From a virus: a DNA stretch of 64,000 nt. Below are positions 51,401 to 61,962 of the stretch, one piece after another (position 1 is the first letter of the stretch; the number at the start of each line of letters is the position of its first letter). Both the position numbers and the translations under genes were made by a program. Under the pieces are notes generated by a model. It was given only the letters and a program-made list of their open reading frames with translations, ran no database searches and was not told the DNA's origin. The DNA lies in IMG/VR virus record IMGVR_UViG_3300037245_001320, positions 32,001-96,000 of that record; one strand, written 5' to 3'.

Positions 51401-54279
51401 CTGATATGGAAAATAACACACAATTATACAGAAAAGGTTTAACCTCCCAAGAGGTTGTACAACTAACAAGTGTACCCAGCAAATCTCCTAAGTTCCTTGA
51501 TGACTTCTATGCGACATATATAAATTACCTAGATGGAAATAAGCTTTACAAAATAAATCACATGGATGGCACAGAGAATAAGGTAATAATAGATCATGCA
51601 GTTACATCTTACGGTTTATATGGGAATTACTGTATATGGTCAGGTGCAGTTGCACAGAAAACATATATAAAGCAATTCCTCGGAGTAGATAGTACTACAA
51701 AGGGAGATGTGTATGATGATACAATGTTATATAATATTGTTGCCTCATCCCCAGCAAACTGGTTTGTCACAGGATACACAGCAGTAGCAGTACATATTGT
51801 AAGTGCAAAACTACAAAGTTACGTAGGGGTTACCCCCTTATATGGTGATGTAGTAAAACATTCTTTAAGTGATGATGGACAATACACTTTAATGAATTCC
51901 TTAGGGCAGGTGTATTATGTGCCATTAGTAGACAAAGATTTAACAGAGGTGTTAGAGACGGAAACACGTTCAGAAGAAGTAGTAATTATTGGAGATTTCC
52001 GTTACCTTAGTAATACAATAACCAATATAAACCCTACGGATATTACCAATGCTGTAGTAGGGGATAAGGTAAATAGTAGTTATGTCGAAGATGATGTGAC
52101 AATTACGTTTATTGGATCAAATTACTTGGTTATGACAGACTATGCTTTACAAACAGTACCCAATGCTAATATAGGAATAACAGGTACAAGATTATACTTA
52201 AACGCAAATAGAGTTGTGGTACCAGGGACAATTACAGCAGGCTTATTAGAAACAAATGCTATAAATAGTATAGATCGAGTAGCATCAGGAAATCCTAATG
52301 CAGGGCAACAATTATACCAACATGATTTAAGTAATGGAATAGAAAGACAGTACAGAGAGAATGGGGACTTAATAAGACAGTTTACTCCTGCGGATGGTTT
52401 ATGGTTAAGAGAAGGAATAGAAATTGGAGGAACAGCTCCAGGAGGAGGAGTAGTCGTTCCTCCCACACCAGAATTTACAGACACTGTTAACCAAGTATTT
52501 AGACAAGCTAATGCCCCTTATGGAGAAGGTGAAATAGAGAACGACATTTGGTATGATACAGATGACGGGTCAACATATGCATACAAGGCTAGTGTATGGG
52601 AACCCACAGCATACACCTTACCTCAATTAGATGCTTTAGGAATAGATGCTGGAACAGTAAATACTTATAGTATATTAGGTAATGTAGATGTAGCCGTTCC
52701 AGCAGATGCATTATTTACAGACACTCTATCATTCCTTTACACAATAGCAACAGGTGTACCTGATACAGGTGGAAGTAATCCAACACCAGAATCAGGAGGA
52801 TTTAAACAAGGAGATGTTTGTAAGGTTACAGATTCAGGATCTGCTTATGTATATGATGGTTCTGCATGGCAACAGACATCGGATATTGCCGCAGATTATT
52901 TTGCTAATGGGGGATCAGCAGGGTACACGGGAACATCGTCATGGGGTATAGACTCTAATGGAAAGTTAACAGCTTCTGGAGCAGACATACAAGGAAACAT
53001 TGAAGCTGATTCTGGGTACTTTAAAGGGGTCGTAGAAGTTATATCTACAGACTTGAAAACTAGAACTGTTGTGGATAATGGTGATATTTCCTTTTATACA
53101 AGAATCCTCAACACTGATCCTTGGATTCCTATTGGTAGTTTAGGAGGGGGCTATGATGGAACAGTTCCAGTATTAATTGCACCACAAGACTTTAGAATAG
53201 GGGACATGACTATTGGTAGAGGTAAAGGAAATATTGATAGTAATGTTGCTTTAGGTGCTAATGCTTTAGACAGCAACACATCAGGGGAAAACAATGTGGC
53301 TATAGGAAGAGGAGCCTTAAGTGATAATGCATCAGGAACTAACAACGTGGGGGTAGGTATTCATGCATTATTACGTAACACAACAGGCGATTTTAACGCT
53401 GTACTAGGTGCCTTTGCCCTAAGTGATAACACAGAAGGGTATAACAATATTGCAGTAGGTAATAGTGCACTACATCAGAATACAACAGGGCATGGGAATG
53501 TTGCAATAGGAACAGACGCACTTGAAGGAAATATCACAGGACTAGATAACGTAGCCATAGGAACAAATGCACTTAAGGCAAATACCAATGGACTAGATAA
53601 TGTTGCTATAGGCGTTGCTGCCATGATAGATAATACAGAAGGTTATTTTAACATATCCCTCGGAAGTTTATCTTTACGGCACAATACTATAGGATTTGAT
53701 AATATTGCTATAGGGGGACATGCATTAAGAGATAACACAGAAGGTTTTGCCAATGTGGCCGTAGGAGGGGACGCACTATTAAAATCCACAGGGGATTTTA
53801 ATACAGGTATAGGGCACATTGCATTAGCTGAACATGTTTCTGGAGACTATAACATAGCCCTTGGGTTTGGAGCAGAATGTTCTACAACAACTTCCTCGGG
53901 AGAGTGTGTATTAGGCGATGGCAATATAACAGTACTTCGCTGTAATCAACAAACCATATCAGCACTATCTGATGGAAGAGATAAGGTAGATGTAAAAGAT
54001 AGTTTATTTGGTCTAGACTACATAATGTCTGTAAGACCTGTAGATTTTTTATGGAAAACACGAGAGGGTAATGTTAAAGATGGCACAAGGGAAGTAGGGT
54101 TTATTGCCCAAGAGCTAAAAGCGATAGAAGAAAAGTTTAATGCCTCTCATGTAAAGTCTGTTTTATCTGAAAACCCAGAAAGGCTAGAGGCATCATATGC
54201 TTCACTAATACCAATAATGGTAAAAGCAATACAAGAACAACAAAAGGAAATAGAAGAACTTAAGAGGCGAATCGTTTAA
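48394..54279 (+). CDS. Tail tip/host specificity protein (gpI+gpJ-like) with 14-aa repeats and a C-terminal S74 chaperone domain
   Basis: PVPVILG, TSNPA, W..FC, PGD; N.A.G..AL..NT.G repeats; SD.R.K...GL..I...RPV.F.WK...GFIAQE...L.KAIQE. Confidence 0.85.
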   Translation: MSIRVITQTNPFSTERKINELDDVKTVNGILRKLKINKKDIPLAISVNGVVTEDFSLKVKENDLVLVKIIPSGDRGTAISRVLGGLQVVAGIILIATGLGAGGGVALIISGTTTFFGPEIASWAENATDKDNKVKLTGPSTSDVSYLKGGKNAYGQNQPVPVILGKHRYYPYQIAYQYTNLELDAKVTPVVSNPEVVEDTLRKANGQLNQLRNRHDDYETMISDVRTKIADLYSPGGTTWVAILDTRTDLYALKSIPELNRDSHLSTAIGFFTTGAPVSEAYGSTFVSSAYNQKLHQVLLWGHKDIEILPNTLKRAETLVTNTALTDTSVVHNSLSNYGEKAQKHVAIYKVLKKFSTTTGATPYSILLPGKIKDATMVFIFGLFFAKNKDDEYLTPKIKVSWALYEVPDSGPDVLVTTKTETFSGGDVHKAEQQEPSGINLTIPVTLTTTKQYKITIQREFDDMQDEDSTVYNPHVSAFESVVALSHILCTSDLDVMTPYAKTTYNYSSVVTQDDTIDGDIDSFNAIVQTNVPNYNGVGTGSSAWNTLELTSNPASMYLYILQGAPNKRQVDDSEIDWAALEDWWQFCEDNNFECNIVLINPGSISNILKTICITGRATLNTTNNYSVLVDKERDFPTQLITNLNAFNMSLNRSFNEPVHGIYFSFIDAGEESDYQAVERAVYLDGYNENGTDGKIKATKLLSQQLLGVTSATQVGQLGKFMINAYNRRVETVSVSMDIEYLLALPGDLVKFSYDQLLTSTARGRITEIINNGSGETETILLDTDVTMEAGKSYAVVIRLANGDFVEEGATQSIPVNTIVGTFDYVILSSPQVTSVAVGDLVAFGEAATVTGDYLVQSITPSDNLSATLRLVNYAEEIYSPDPLGPWESPYGKQSDFGASPILESTYTLDAIGNLTDANAKRLDTLASPSIKRAIRTQTPSATYVREDVLEMALSNNYLYFIDKEDLSIKRTTILPNAATETIVTTPCKELAVTADDRFLLYTDMENNTQLYRKGLTSQEVVQLTSVPSKSPKFLDDFYATYINYLDGNKLYKINHMDGTENKVIIDHAVTSYGLYGNYCIWSGAVAQKTYIKQFLGVDSTTKGDVYDDTMLYNIVASSPANWFVTGYTAVAVHIVSAKLQSYVGVTPLYGDVVKHSLSDDGQYTLMNSLGQVYYVPLVDKDLTEVLETETRSEEVVIIGDFRYLSNTITNINPTDITNAVVGDKVNSSYVEDDVTITFIGSNYLVMTDYALQTVPNANIGITGTRLYLNANRVVVPGTITAGLLETNAINSIDRVASGNPNAGQQLYQHDLSNGIERQYRENGDLIRQFTPADGLWLREGIEIGGTAPGGGVVVPPTPEFTDTVNQVFRQANAPYGEGEIENDIWYDTDDGSTYAYKASVWEPTAYTLPQLDALGIDAGTVNTYSILGNVDVAVPADALFTDTLSFLYTIATGVPDTGGSNPTPESGGFKQGDVCKVTDSGSAYVYDGSAWQQTSDIAADYFANGGSAGYTGTSSWGIDSNGKLTASGADIQGNIEADSGYFKGVVEVISTDLKTRTVVDNGDISFYTRILNTDPWIPIGSLGGGYDGTVPVLIAPQDFRIGDMTIGRGKGNIDSNVALGANALDSNTSGENNVAIGRGALSDNASGTNNVGVGIHALLRNTTGDFNAVLGAFALSDNTEGYNNIAVGNSALHQNTTGHGNVAIGTDALEGNITGLDNVAIGTNALKANTNGLDNVAIGVAAMIDNTEGYFNISLGSLSLRHNTIGFDNIAIGGHALRDNTEGFANVAVGGDALLKSTGDFNTGIGHIALAEHVSGDYNIALGFGAECSTTTSSGECVLGDGNITVLRCNQQTISALSDGRDKVDVKDSLFGLDYIMSVRPVDFLWKTREGNVKDGTREVGFIAQELKAIEEKFNASHVKSVLSENPERLEASYASLIPIMVKAIQEQQKEIEELKRRIV

Positions 54280-54749
54280 TAGAAAAATAAGTCAAAACTG
54301 TATGTATATCCCACGTATATGTTTTGACTTATTTGTTCCCCTCGTGATCCAATGTATGTTCCATCATTTCTTAATACAATAACATGATCGATTAGACCTC
54401 CCTTATTCACACTTCTTAGCATATCCACCAGTACAAAATCTAATTTCTCTCCAAAAACAACATAGTAAATATTCATAAACAAAATAGCAAAATCCTCACA
54501 ATCCCCATAACCTTTAGTCAATGTTTCTTTAGCCATATTCCATGTGTCAGTGGTGTCCTTCGCATACTGTAGGGTGTTATAGACATAGTCCTGTATGTCC
54601 TTGACAGTTCGCAGGGATGTAAAATCCTCATGATAATAAACCTCACTCTTTTGAATACGACTCTCATAAACATCATCAGCAAGTTCATTATATAATGAAC
54701 AACCAAAACTAAACCCAACAACTAACAATAAAATAATAATCTTTTTCAT
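54276..54749 (-). CDS. Lipoprotein with a transglutaminase-like Cys-protease domain (moron)
   Basis: MKKIIILLLVVGFSFGC lipobox; Y..D..D.W....ETL..G.GDCEDFA...H; own TTGACA-N17-TATAGT promoter at 54833-54805. Confidence 0.75.
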   Translation of the reverse strand: MKKIIILLLVVGFSFGCSLYNELADDVYESRIQKSEVYYHEDFTSLRTVKDIQDYVYNTLQYAKDTTDTWNMAKETLTKGYGDCEDFAILFMNIYYVVFGEKLDFVLVDMLRSVNKGGLIDHVIVLRNDGTYIGSRGEQISQNIYVGYTYSFDLFFY

Positions 54750-54845
54750 ACATAACACCTTGAAACTCCAATGAGTTTCTCCCTCTTTAATCTAATATAA
54801 CCTAACTATAACACCTATACAAATAAATGTCAAGATCAAACCCCA

Positions 54846-54869
54846 AAAAAATTCCCACTATGGTATAAT
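54846..54869 (+). promoter_or_regulatory. Conserved 24-bp phage promoter, copy 7
   Basis: AAAAAATTCCCACTATGGTATAAT. Confidence 0.85.
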
Positions 54870-54937
54870 GGAAGAAGGATAAATAAAAATCCTTCAAAAA
54901 GATAAGAGTAAATAAAAAATACAAGGATAAATAAAAT

Positions 54938-57025
54938 ATGGCAAACATAATAGTAGCAGACGGACAATATCAAACAGTCGAAGTAAATACAACATTAGTA
55001 GAAGTAGCAGGTAAATTGTATTATATAAAGAATACATCAGCAGGACAAATAACAGTAACATATGGAGTAGATAATACAGTACTCCAAACACAGGATCTAG
55101 GGATCTTTATGTTTGATGGGAGTCTTTGGTCAGACTTAACACCTTCTGTATCGATAACAGAGTTGAATCCTACTTTCGATTCATTGACGGTGAACGGGAA
55201 TATCACGCAGACAGCAGGAGTAACATCTTTAAAAGAGACAACAATAGAACAGAGTACAGTAAATGGTTTAAACTTATATAGGACACTAAATACGTCTGGT
55301 AGTGGTATTCGACTTAATTTCTATGGTAAAGACAGTGCGGGAGATCAGGCTAAATATGCATTCATAAGAAATGAAATAGTATCCAACACTGCATCTTCAG
55401 TCGATGGTGCTTTGGAGTTTGCTGTAGCAAAAAATAGTGTTGTTACACCTTACATGTATTTGACAAATAATGGAGCTTTGATTTTAGATACTAATTTAGC
55501 AGACAACACAGTAGACCTCCTACAAGTAGGCTCAAATACAAACATATCCTGTAGTTTCGGTTATATGAGAGCAAGTAGTATTGGTGGTGTTTCTTATTTA
55601 GGTTATACAACAGATGATATAGAAACAGAATATGTAATAAGACGTTCAGCAAGTGGTTTTGTTTCATTAAATGCAACTTCTGCTCATGATGTTAAAATAC
55701 AAGTAGCAACGGCGAATGTAGCAACATTCTCAGGTTCAGCAATTGATTTATTAAAACCTACTACTATTACAGGAGGCTTAACAATAGACAGCAATGCCCT
55801 ACTAGACTACAACGCTACAACAAGGGATTTAACAATATATAATAGTTACTCTGGTGATGACGCAGATATTGGTTTTGATATGAACTTTGCAGGGCAACAA
55901 CGAATAATGACATTAAAAAGAGTAGGAAGGGTTGGAATAGGTATAGATGATCCTCAAAGTGCTCTACATATAAGTGGAAATATAACATTAAGTGGAGGAG
56001 CTGTTAGAGGTATAACAGGATCAGCAAATAACTCCATGTACATAAATGCATTAGGTAATGCAGATACCGAAGGAGTACTAATACAACAGAATGGTGTAAC
56101 AACCGCAGAGTTCCTAAACACAGGTAGAGTAACAATAGGAATGACTGATAATACAGTGGATCTTCTACAAGTAAACGGATCAGCATGGAACACAACAGGT
56201 GTGTGGGATTCTCCTTCAGATAGAAGAGTTAAAGAAAATATAAGAGAACTTTCCAATCCGTTACAAAGAGTTTTGGACATAGCACAATGTGTTAGGCAAT
56301 ATAACTATATAGAAGAAACAGGAATAAAACAAAACACCAGAACACAGTATATTGCACAAGAGTTAATTGAAAAGGGCTTCGCAGGATATGTAAAAGAAGC
56401 TGCCCCGTTAAATGAAGCTGTAGGAGAAATTCTAGGGTGGGAGTATGCAGATGAAGCATACACAGAAGAACAACCAGCAACAACAACAGAATACACATAT
56501 AATAATGTAATCCAAGACGGTGTAATTGTTTCTATAAAAGAAGAAATAGAAGTGCCTGTAACTACAACTATCACAGAACAAGAAATACAGAACAAAGTAA
56601 TTACTATTACAGAAGAAATTGAAGAAGAAATAACGGAAACCATTACGGAGGAAGTAGAAGAAGAACTAATAGTAACAGAGGATGAAGAAGGAAATCCTTT
56701 AGAGGAATCTTATACAGAGACTATTACTAAAGAAGTAGAGAAAGAAGTTACAAGAACAGTTATTAAAGAAGTAGAGAAAGAAGTAACCACAGATGAGTTA
56801 ATAATAGTTGAAGTAGAAAAACAAGTTCCTTTAATGGAGACAATTACCAAGACTAGAAGAGTTGTTGTAACAGAAGGAGAGAAACTTCTTCAAGTTGAAC
56901 AGAACTTATCTCCATATTTTGCTCCAGCAATATCAGCATTAAATGATAAAGTAGTATTATTAGAAGAAGAGAACAGAGTGATGAAGTTAGAATTAGATGC
57001 AATTAAAAAGCATTTAGGTATATAG
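54938..57025 (+). CDS. Tail fibre protein with an S74 chaperone domain carrying an acidic insertion
   Basis: GRVGIG..DP...LHI.G repeats, SDRRVKENI, IAQE, C-terminal coiled coil. Confidence 0.75.
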   Translation: MANIIVADGQYQTVEVNTTLVEVAGKLYYIKNTSAGQITVTYGVDNTVLQTQDLGIFMFDGSLWSDLTPSVSITELNPTFDSLTVNGNITQTAGVTSLKETTIEQSTVNGLNLYRTLNTSGSGIRLNFYGKDSAGDQAKYAFIRNEIVSNTASSVDGALEFAVAKNSVVTPYMYLTNNGALILDTNLADNTVDLLQVGSNTNISCSFGYMRASSIGGVSYLGYTTDDIETEYVIRRSASGFVSLNATSAHDVKIQVATANVATFSGSAIDLLKPTTITGGLTIDSNALLDYNATTRDLTIYNSYSGDDADIGFDMNFAGQQRIMTLKRVGRVGIGIDDPQSALHISGNITLSGGAVRGITGSANNSMYINALGNADTEGVLIQQNGVTTAEFLNTGRVTIGMTDNTVDLLQVNGSAWNTTGVWDSPSDRRVKENIRELSNPLQRVLDIAQCVRQYNYIEETGIKQNTRTQYIAQELIEKGFAGYVKEAAPLNEAVGEILGWEYADEAYTEEQPATTTEYTYNNVIQDGVIVSIKEEIEVPVTTTITEQEIQNKVITITEEIEEEITETITEEVEEELIVTEDEEGNPLEESYTETITKEVEKEVTRTVIKEVEKEVTTDELIIVEVEKQVPLMETITKTRRVVVTEGEKLLQVEQNLSPYFAPAISALNDKVVLLEEENRVMKLELDAIKKHLGI

Positions 57026-57037
57026 AAGGAGTAAGGA

Positions 57038-57547
57038 ATGACACCAGAAGTGATTAGCACCTATATAGTCATATTATTAGCAGTTCTTGGATATGCTATT
57101 GTTGTAGGAAAGGTTAAACAACAAGTAGACCAGCATGATAAGGACATAGGGGAAAACAAGGAGGAAAATGGAAAGTTACGTGATCATTTTGATGAATCAT
57201 TAAAAGAAACAGCCAAAGAGTTCAATAACATTTTAAGAGAACATGTATCTATGGAAGTCTTACGAGACGGAAAAGTGGAAGCTGTAAAAGAAGAATTACA
57301 GAAACAAATAAGAGAAAGTGTAAGACATGAGGCCGAATTAAGATACACAAAGGATCAAACGGAAGAGTTGAAAAAGGACTTCCTTGGTATGAGAGTTGAG
57401 ATGGATAACATCAAGGAGACAACAACAGATATCAAACAAGATGTTATAAAATTATCAACAGTATTAGAAGAGCTCGTAAGAGTATCAGTAAAAACACAAG
57501 ACACAGTACAGAAAATACTGGAAGCAAGTTTAAAGGATAAGAAATGA
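57038..57547 (+). CDS. Membrane-anchored coiled-coil protein (holin/antiholin-like?)
   Basis: One N-terminal TM helix followed by a coiled coil. Confidence 0.4.
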   Translation: MTPEVISTYIVILLAVLGYAIVVGKVKQQVDQHDKDIGENKEENGKLRDHFDESLKETAKEFNNILREHVSMEVLRDGKVEAVKEELQKQIRESVRHEAELRYTKDQTEELKKDFLGMRVEMDNIKETTTDIKQDVIKLSTVLEELVRVSVKTQDTVQKILEASLKDKK

Positions 57548-57949
57548 AATTAAGAGAATTTTTAAAAGAGATGGGTAAGCTTTGTACTGATGATAAGATT
57601 TTAGGTGCAAGAATAGGGTTAAGTGCAATACTAGACTTTGATCATGAACTAAAAGATCCTTGTTCAGCATTTGCGTTTAAGAGCTGTGATAAGAATGATC
57701 CCTTAAAAAGGATGGAGCATTTATTTGCATGGAAATATCTTCCAGAGGTAGACAGAAGAAAGGCAGAAAGATGTGAAGACCTTGTAACACTATTAAGTTT
57801 ATACTCGTATAAAAAGAAATACGAGACAGAAGTATACGATGAGCCAATAGAGGTAATGACAGCAGACATACAAGCTAATCCAATCCCTGAAATAGACTCA
57901 CAACTTCCTTTAGATACTGTGGTGGTTATGGGTACATGGTTAGATTAGT

Positions 57950-58381
57950 ATGATTAAGAAGTTAGGGTGGGTCTTTGGATTACTATTCATTCTCTTGGCT
58001 ATGATAAATCATGCAAATAATCCTGAAATAGTGCGTTTGAATGTTTTGGGGTTAGGTATAATAGGTGTCTTATATATTTACACATCTTTTAACCTTTACT
58101 TTGCTAAAATAATACAAACACTGTTACTGTTTGTGTATGGCAGTGTAGCATTTTTGTATAACGATGGGAATGTACTAGTCTCTATGTTCTGCTTCTATAT
58201 TAGTGGGGAGCTAATGAGGAAGTACTACCCAAAGAAATACATAAATATGTTTGTACTTGGTTCAATTTACATAACTTTTGCTGTGTTAGCAGGCTGGACT
58301 TTTTTCCATATCATAGGGAGTGTTCTCATGTACTCGGCACTAACTATCATCATTTACATTATACAAAACGACAAAGTATAA
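57950..58381 (+). CDS. Multi-pass membrane protein
   Basis: Several hydrophobic segments. Confidence 0.55.
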   Translation: MIKKLGWVFGLLFILLAMINHANNPEIVRLNVLGLGIIGVLYIYTSFNLYFAKIIQTLLLFVYGSVAFLYNDGNVLVSMFCFYISGELMRKYYPKKYINMFVLGSIYITFAVLAGWTFFHIIGSVLMYSALTIIIYIIQNDKV

Positions 58382-58780
58382 AATTAAATAAGGTTGGGAC
58401 AACTCCCGTAAAAGGCACTAAGTTCTTTCCTTTTCTTAAATCAGAAAACTACATGAATCAGTTCATGAAAATATATAAACAAAACTAACACAAGAAGTAA
58501 AAAATTACTTCAAAAGGAGAAATAATATGACTTTTGGACAAGGTGTAATAACAACACTAAACAATCAAACAGGTAATTGGAGTGCTACTTACAAAGGAAA
58601 GATGCAATCATTTGGTATATATAATTGTACTGAGGAAACAACTATTGTTTTAAATGCAGGAGAACTAACAGAGGTGACTGTGATAACAAGTGATGCATGG
58701 GATGATGACATCTATAATGGATTTAATACAATAGATATCACAACAACTGGAACATATAATTTAGTAATAAGGGGGTAATA

Positions 58781-61700
58781 ATGGCAGGGAATAAAGCATG
58801 GGGTGCAGGTGGATCAGGATCAGGATCGCTATCACCGTTAGAACAAAGACTAATAGAAGAATGGACAAATAATATTGTAACCTATTATGGTGATCCAGAC
58901 ACTCCATTAGAAGGGGATGTTAAAATAATACTAGAAGCAGGCGATTTAAACGGATACAGATACGAATCGGCAGTATGGGTTTTAAAATCAACCCTAGTAG
59001 GAGATTCTATATACACAGATAGATTTGTATGTGTGGGTGATTTATTTAAAGGGTTATATAACGGTGAAGACTCAATGGTTCGTCTAGCCACGACTCTAGC
59101 TAAAACATTAGTTACAGGGGACACAGACTATAACCAAGTCCTAACAGGTGTAGGGGATTTACTATGGGTGGAGAGTGATGGAGTCCTAGAACATTCTATT
59201 CCGCAACCATTATTCGACGAAGAAGTAACAACAGACTTTATGGAGTTCTGTACAGATCCATCTGAATATGAAAAAGTTATACAATCTAAATTTATGGTAA
59301 CACATGCAACAGCTACTGAAGTTAAAATGAGATGGACAGCCCATTTAGATGTTGCAAAAACTAATCTAATTTATGAATCATGTACAGAGTTTGACTATAA
59401 TAATGCTATTGGTCAATGTATGTTAGATATAACCACAGGTTTATTTTTTATAGAGAAACCATTGTATCTTAGTGATCTTGGTGGAGCAAAAGTGTATTAT
59501 ACTATTTACACAGAGTTCCCTATAACGTATAAAGGGCACACTGTTGACCCTGGAGGAGCTAACGAGCAATACTACCCATACAACGAGCAGTGGGACTATA
59601 ATGCTGTAGGTAAAATAGTTGCAATGCAGGATTGGGTTGATGAGTATTCAGTAATGAAAGACGACACAGATACGACAGAAATGCAATTTGTATCAACTAA
59701 CCCAGATTTAGATGTAGATCCAACGCTATTAGGAACTAGAGAAGTTTTAAAACAGTATATTGATAACGCTGTTTCAGCATCTTTAGAGTATAAAGGAGGT
59801 TACGATGCATCACTAAACATTCCTAATCTAACAATAGCACCTACAGGAGTTTTACTAGGCTATTTCTACACAGTTACAGTAGCAGGAACATTTTTTACAG
59901 CCGATGTACTCGTAGGAGATGCACTAATAGCAGAAGTAGACGATCCTTCAGTCGAAGCAGATTGGACTATTCTTAATAGAGGTTTAGATGCACCAACTGT
60001 TAAAACTTTATATGAATCTAATCCAGATACAAATGCTTTCCAAGATGCTGAAAAAACTAAATTAGGTACAGTAGAAACAAACGCAGAACCAAATAATATA
60101 TCAGACATTAGCGCAACTGATTTAACGGATTTAGGGGATACAGCATTACACTATCACTCTACAGATAGAGCAAGAGTAAATCATACAGGCACTCAAACAG
60201 CTTCAACTATATCTGATTTTGATACAGAAGTCTCTAACAACACTTCGGTAGCGGATAATACAACTCATAGATCTTCTGATGGTAAAGACCATTCAGATGT
60301 AGTTACAAACAATGCAAAAGTTTCTTTTCCAGAAGCTCCAATAGATGGTGAAAGAAAAACTAGACTGGATGGTGCATGGGTAGCAGAATCTATAGCTTTA
60401 ACAGATGAGCCAACTGGATTCCTATTAGACGCTACTACAGGTGAAATAGATTTAGAAAGTTCTGAATTACTGTTTGTTGATGGAACAAGAACATTTACTA
60501 TTCAACCTAAGAATCCCGCAACAGAGTTTTCTATTATACAAAGTGGTAAATTATCAACTTTTAACTCTGCACAAGACATCATAATATCAGACACAGAAGG
60601 GGTACATTATATCTATTTTAAAGAAGGTATTCTATATGAAACAACTGCATTTGATATATCTATAATTTATTCTAATGTTTTTGTTTCTGCTTTATACTGG
60701 GATGTACCTAATCAAGAAGCAATATATATCGGAGAGGAACGACATGGATGTAAAATGGATGGTCATACTCATACGAGATTACACCAAAAAGATGGAACTA
60801 TTTATTTAATAGGTCTAGGCATAAACGATTTCGATCTAGGTAATGGTAGTCAAGATGTTCACGCTCAGTTCAGTATAGGTTCAGGACAGATAAAAGATGA
60901 AGACATCCTAATAACTAGAGATACAATATCTTCCACAGTTGGATGTCCTATATTCTATAAATCAGGTGCCACAGGTATCTGGAGAAGAGAGTTCAATGCA
61001 GGATTTAGTGTTCTTAATGCTCTTGCGGGAAATAACAGGTTAGTTTGGAATGAGGATGTTGCAGGAACATGGCAGAAAACAGAAGTAGCAAACAACGATT
61101 ATGTTCTTTGTCACATATTTACCTCTAATGATATTAACTACCCATTCTTTGCGATTATGGGGCAGGCTGACTATGATAAAAAAGGGGATGCAAGAGAAGG
61201 TGCTTTAGTAGAGATAAACAACTTAATCATGGCAGGGCTGCCATTTGCAGAGTTTGTTGCCACAGGAACAGTTATATTTAAAACAGCCGATGGTTACACT
61301 AATGCTGTAAAAGCTAAGATAGAAACTACAGACGAAGGTGAAGATTATGTAGATTGGAGAAATAGTGGAATATCCCCTTCAAGTGGTACAGATGTAATTC
61401 AACATAATCTAACTGCTGGAAAGCAAGGTGGGACGATAAACGAGTATTATCATTTAACTGATCTAGAATTAGTAAAGCTTACAGGTATTGAAGATGGAGC
61501 ACAGGTAAACGTTTATGGTACAGAGTTTGAAAGAGTTGAATCCTTATCTGAATCCAGCACTAATACAACACAGCTAGATAAAATAGATATGACCTCAGCA
61601 ATGAAGCCAGCAGGAACTTACTTAGTAACTGCTAATTTTCAGATTACTAATGATAGATCAGGTAAAGAGGCTGTAGGAATTGTAACAATTAATGGTGTGG

Positions 61701-61900
61701 TCGCTCATCACCATACTGAGGGAATTAACGGAATCGTTCATATGCCTTGGAATGGGAAAGAGTGGATAACTGCTATGGTTATGATGACAGTAGTACTCCC
61801 TGCTCCAGCAACAATTCCTGCTAAGATTTCTTATTACTCAGGAAGTTCTGATTTATGTAGAATATCGGATGCATCCATAACTATAATAAGAGTTACATAA
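58781..61900 (+). CDS. Large virion-associated/minor tail protein
   Basis: 1039 aa acidic, T-rich; YKG.YDAS.N.P.L...G..Y.V..AGT and R.NHTGTQ.ASTISDF motifs typical of fibre-like proteins. Confidence 0.55.
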   Translation: MAGNKAWGAGGSGSGSLSPLEQRLIEEWTNNIVTYYGDPDTPLEGDVKIILEAGDLNGYRYESAVWVLKSTLVGDSIYTDRFVCVGDLFKGLYNGEDSMVRLATTLAKTLVTGDTDYNQVLTGVGDLLWVESDGVLEHSIPQPLFDEEVTTDFMEFCTDPSEYEKVIQSKFMVTHATATEVKMRWTAHLDVAKTNLIYESCTEFDYNNAIGQCMLDITTGLFFIEKPLYLSDLGGAKVYYTIYTEFPITYKGHTVDPGGANEQYYPYNEQWDYNAVGKIVAMQDWVDEYSVMKDDTDTTEMQFVSTNPDLDVDPTLLGTREVLKQYIDNAVSASLEYKGGYDASLNIPNLTIAPTGVLLGYFYTVTVAGTFFTADVLVGDALIAEVDDPSVEADWTILNRGLDAPTVKTLYESNPDTNAFQDAEKTKLGTVETNAEPNNISDISATDLTDLGDTALHYHSTDRARVNHTGTQTASTISDFDTEVSNNTSVADNTTHRSSDGKDHSDVVTNNAKVSFPEAPIDGERKTRLDGAWVAESIALTDEPTGFLLDATTGEIDLESSELLFVDGTRTFTIQPKNPATEFSIIQSGKLSTFNSAQDIIISDTEGVHYIYFKEGILYETTAFDISIIYSNVFVSALYWDVPNQEAIYIGEERHGCKMDGHTHTRLHQKDGTIYLIGLGINDFDLGNGSQDVHAQFSIGSGQIKDEDILITRDTISSTVGCPIFYKSGATGIWRREFNAGFSVLNALAGNNRLVWNEDVAGTWQKTEVANNDYVLCHIFTSNDINYPFFAIMGQADYDKKGDAREGALVEINNLIMAGLPFAEFVATGTVIFKTADGYTNAVKAKIETTDEGEDYVDWRNSGISPSSGTDVIQHNLTAGKQGGTINEYYHLTDLELVKLTGIEDGAQVNVYGTEFERVESLSESSTNTTQLDKIDMTSAMKPAGTYLVTANFQITNDRSGKEAVGIVTINGVVAHHHTEGINGIVHMPWNGKEWITAMVMMTVVLPAPATIPAKISYYSGSSDLCRISDASITIIRVT

Positions 61901-61908
61901 ACAAGGAG

Positions 61909-61939
61909 AAAACCCTCTTGTTAATCTGAGAGGGCTTTT
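61909..61939 (+). terminator. Hairpin terminator; inverted copy of 62728-62758
   Basis: AAAACCCTCTTGTTAATCTGAGAGGGCTTTT. Confidence 0.7.
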
Positions 61940-61962
61940 GTTTAAACCAGAAGGAGAAATAA

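Noticed and set aside
53230-53880. 42-nt periodic repeats as a DGR or nucleotide-level array
   Set aside because: They encode 14-aa N.A.G..AL..NT.G protein repeats; no reverse transcriptase or TR/VR pair was seen
1571-60108. Most minus-strand ORFs in the track
   Set aside because: They are shadows of + strand genes, without RBS or motifs; only 54276..54749 is supported
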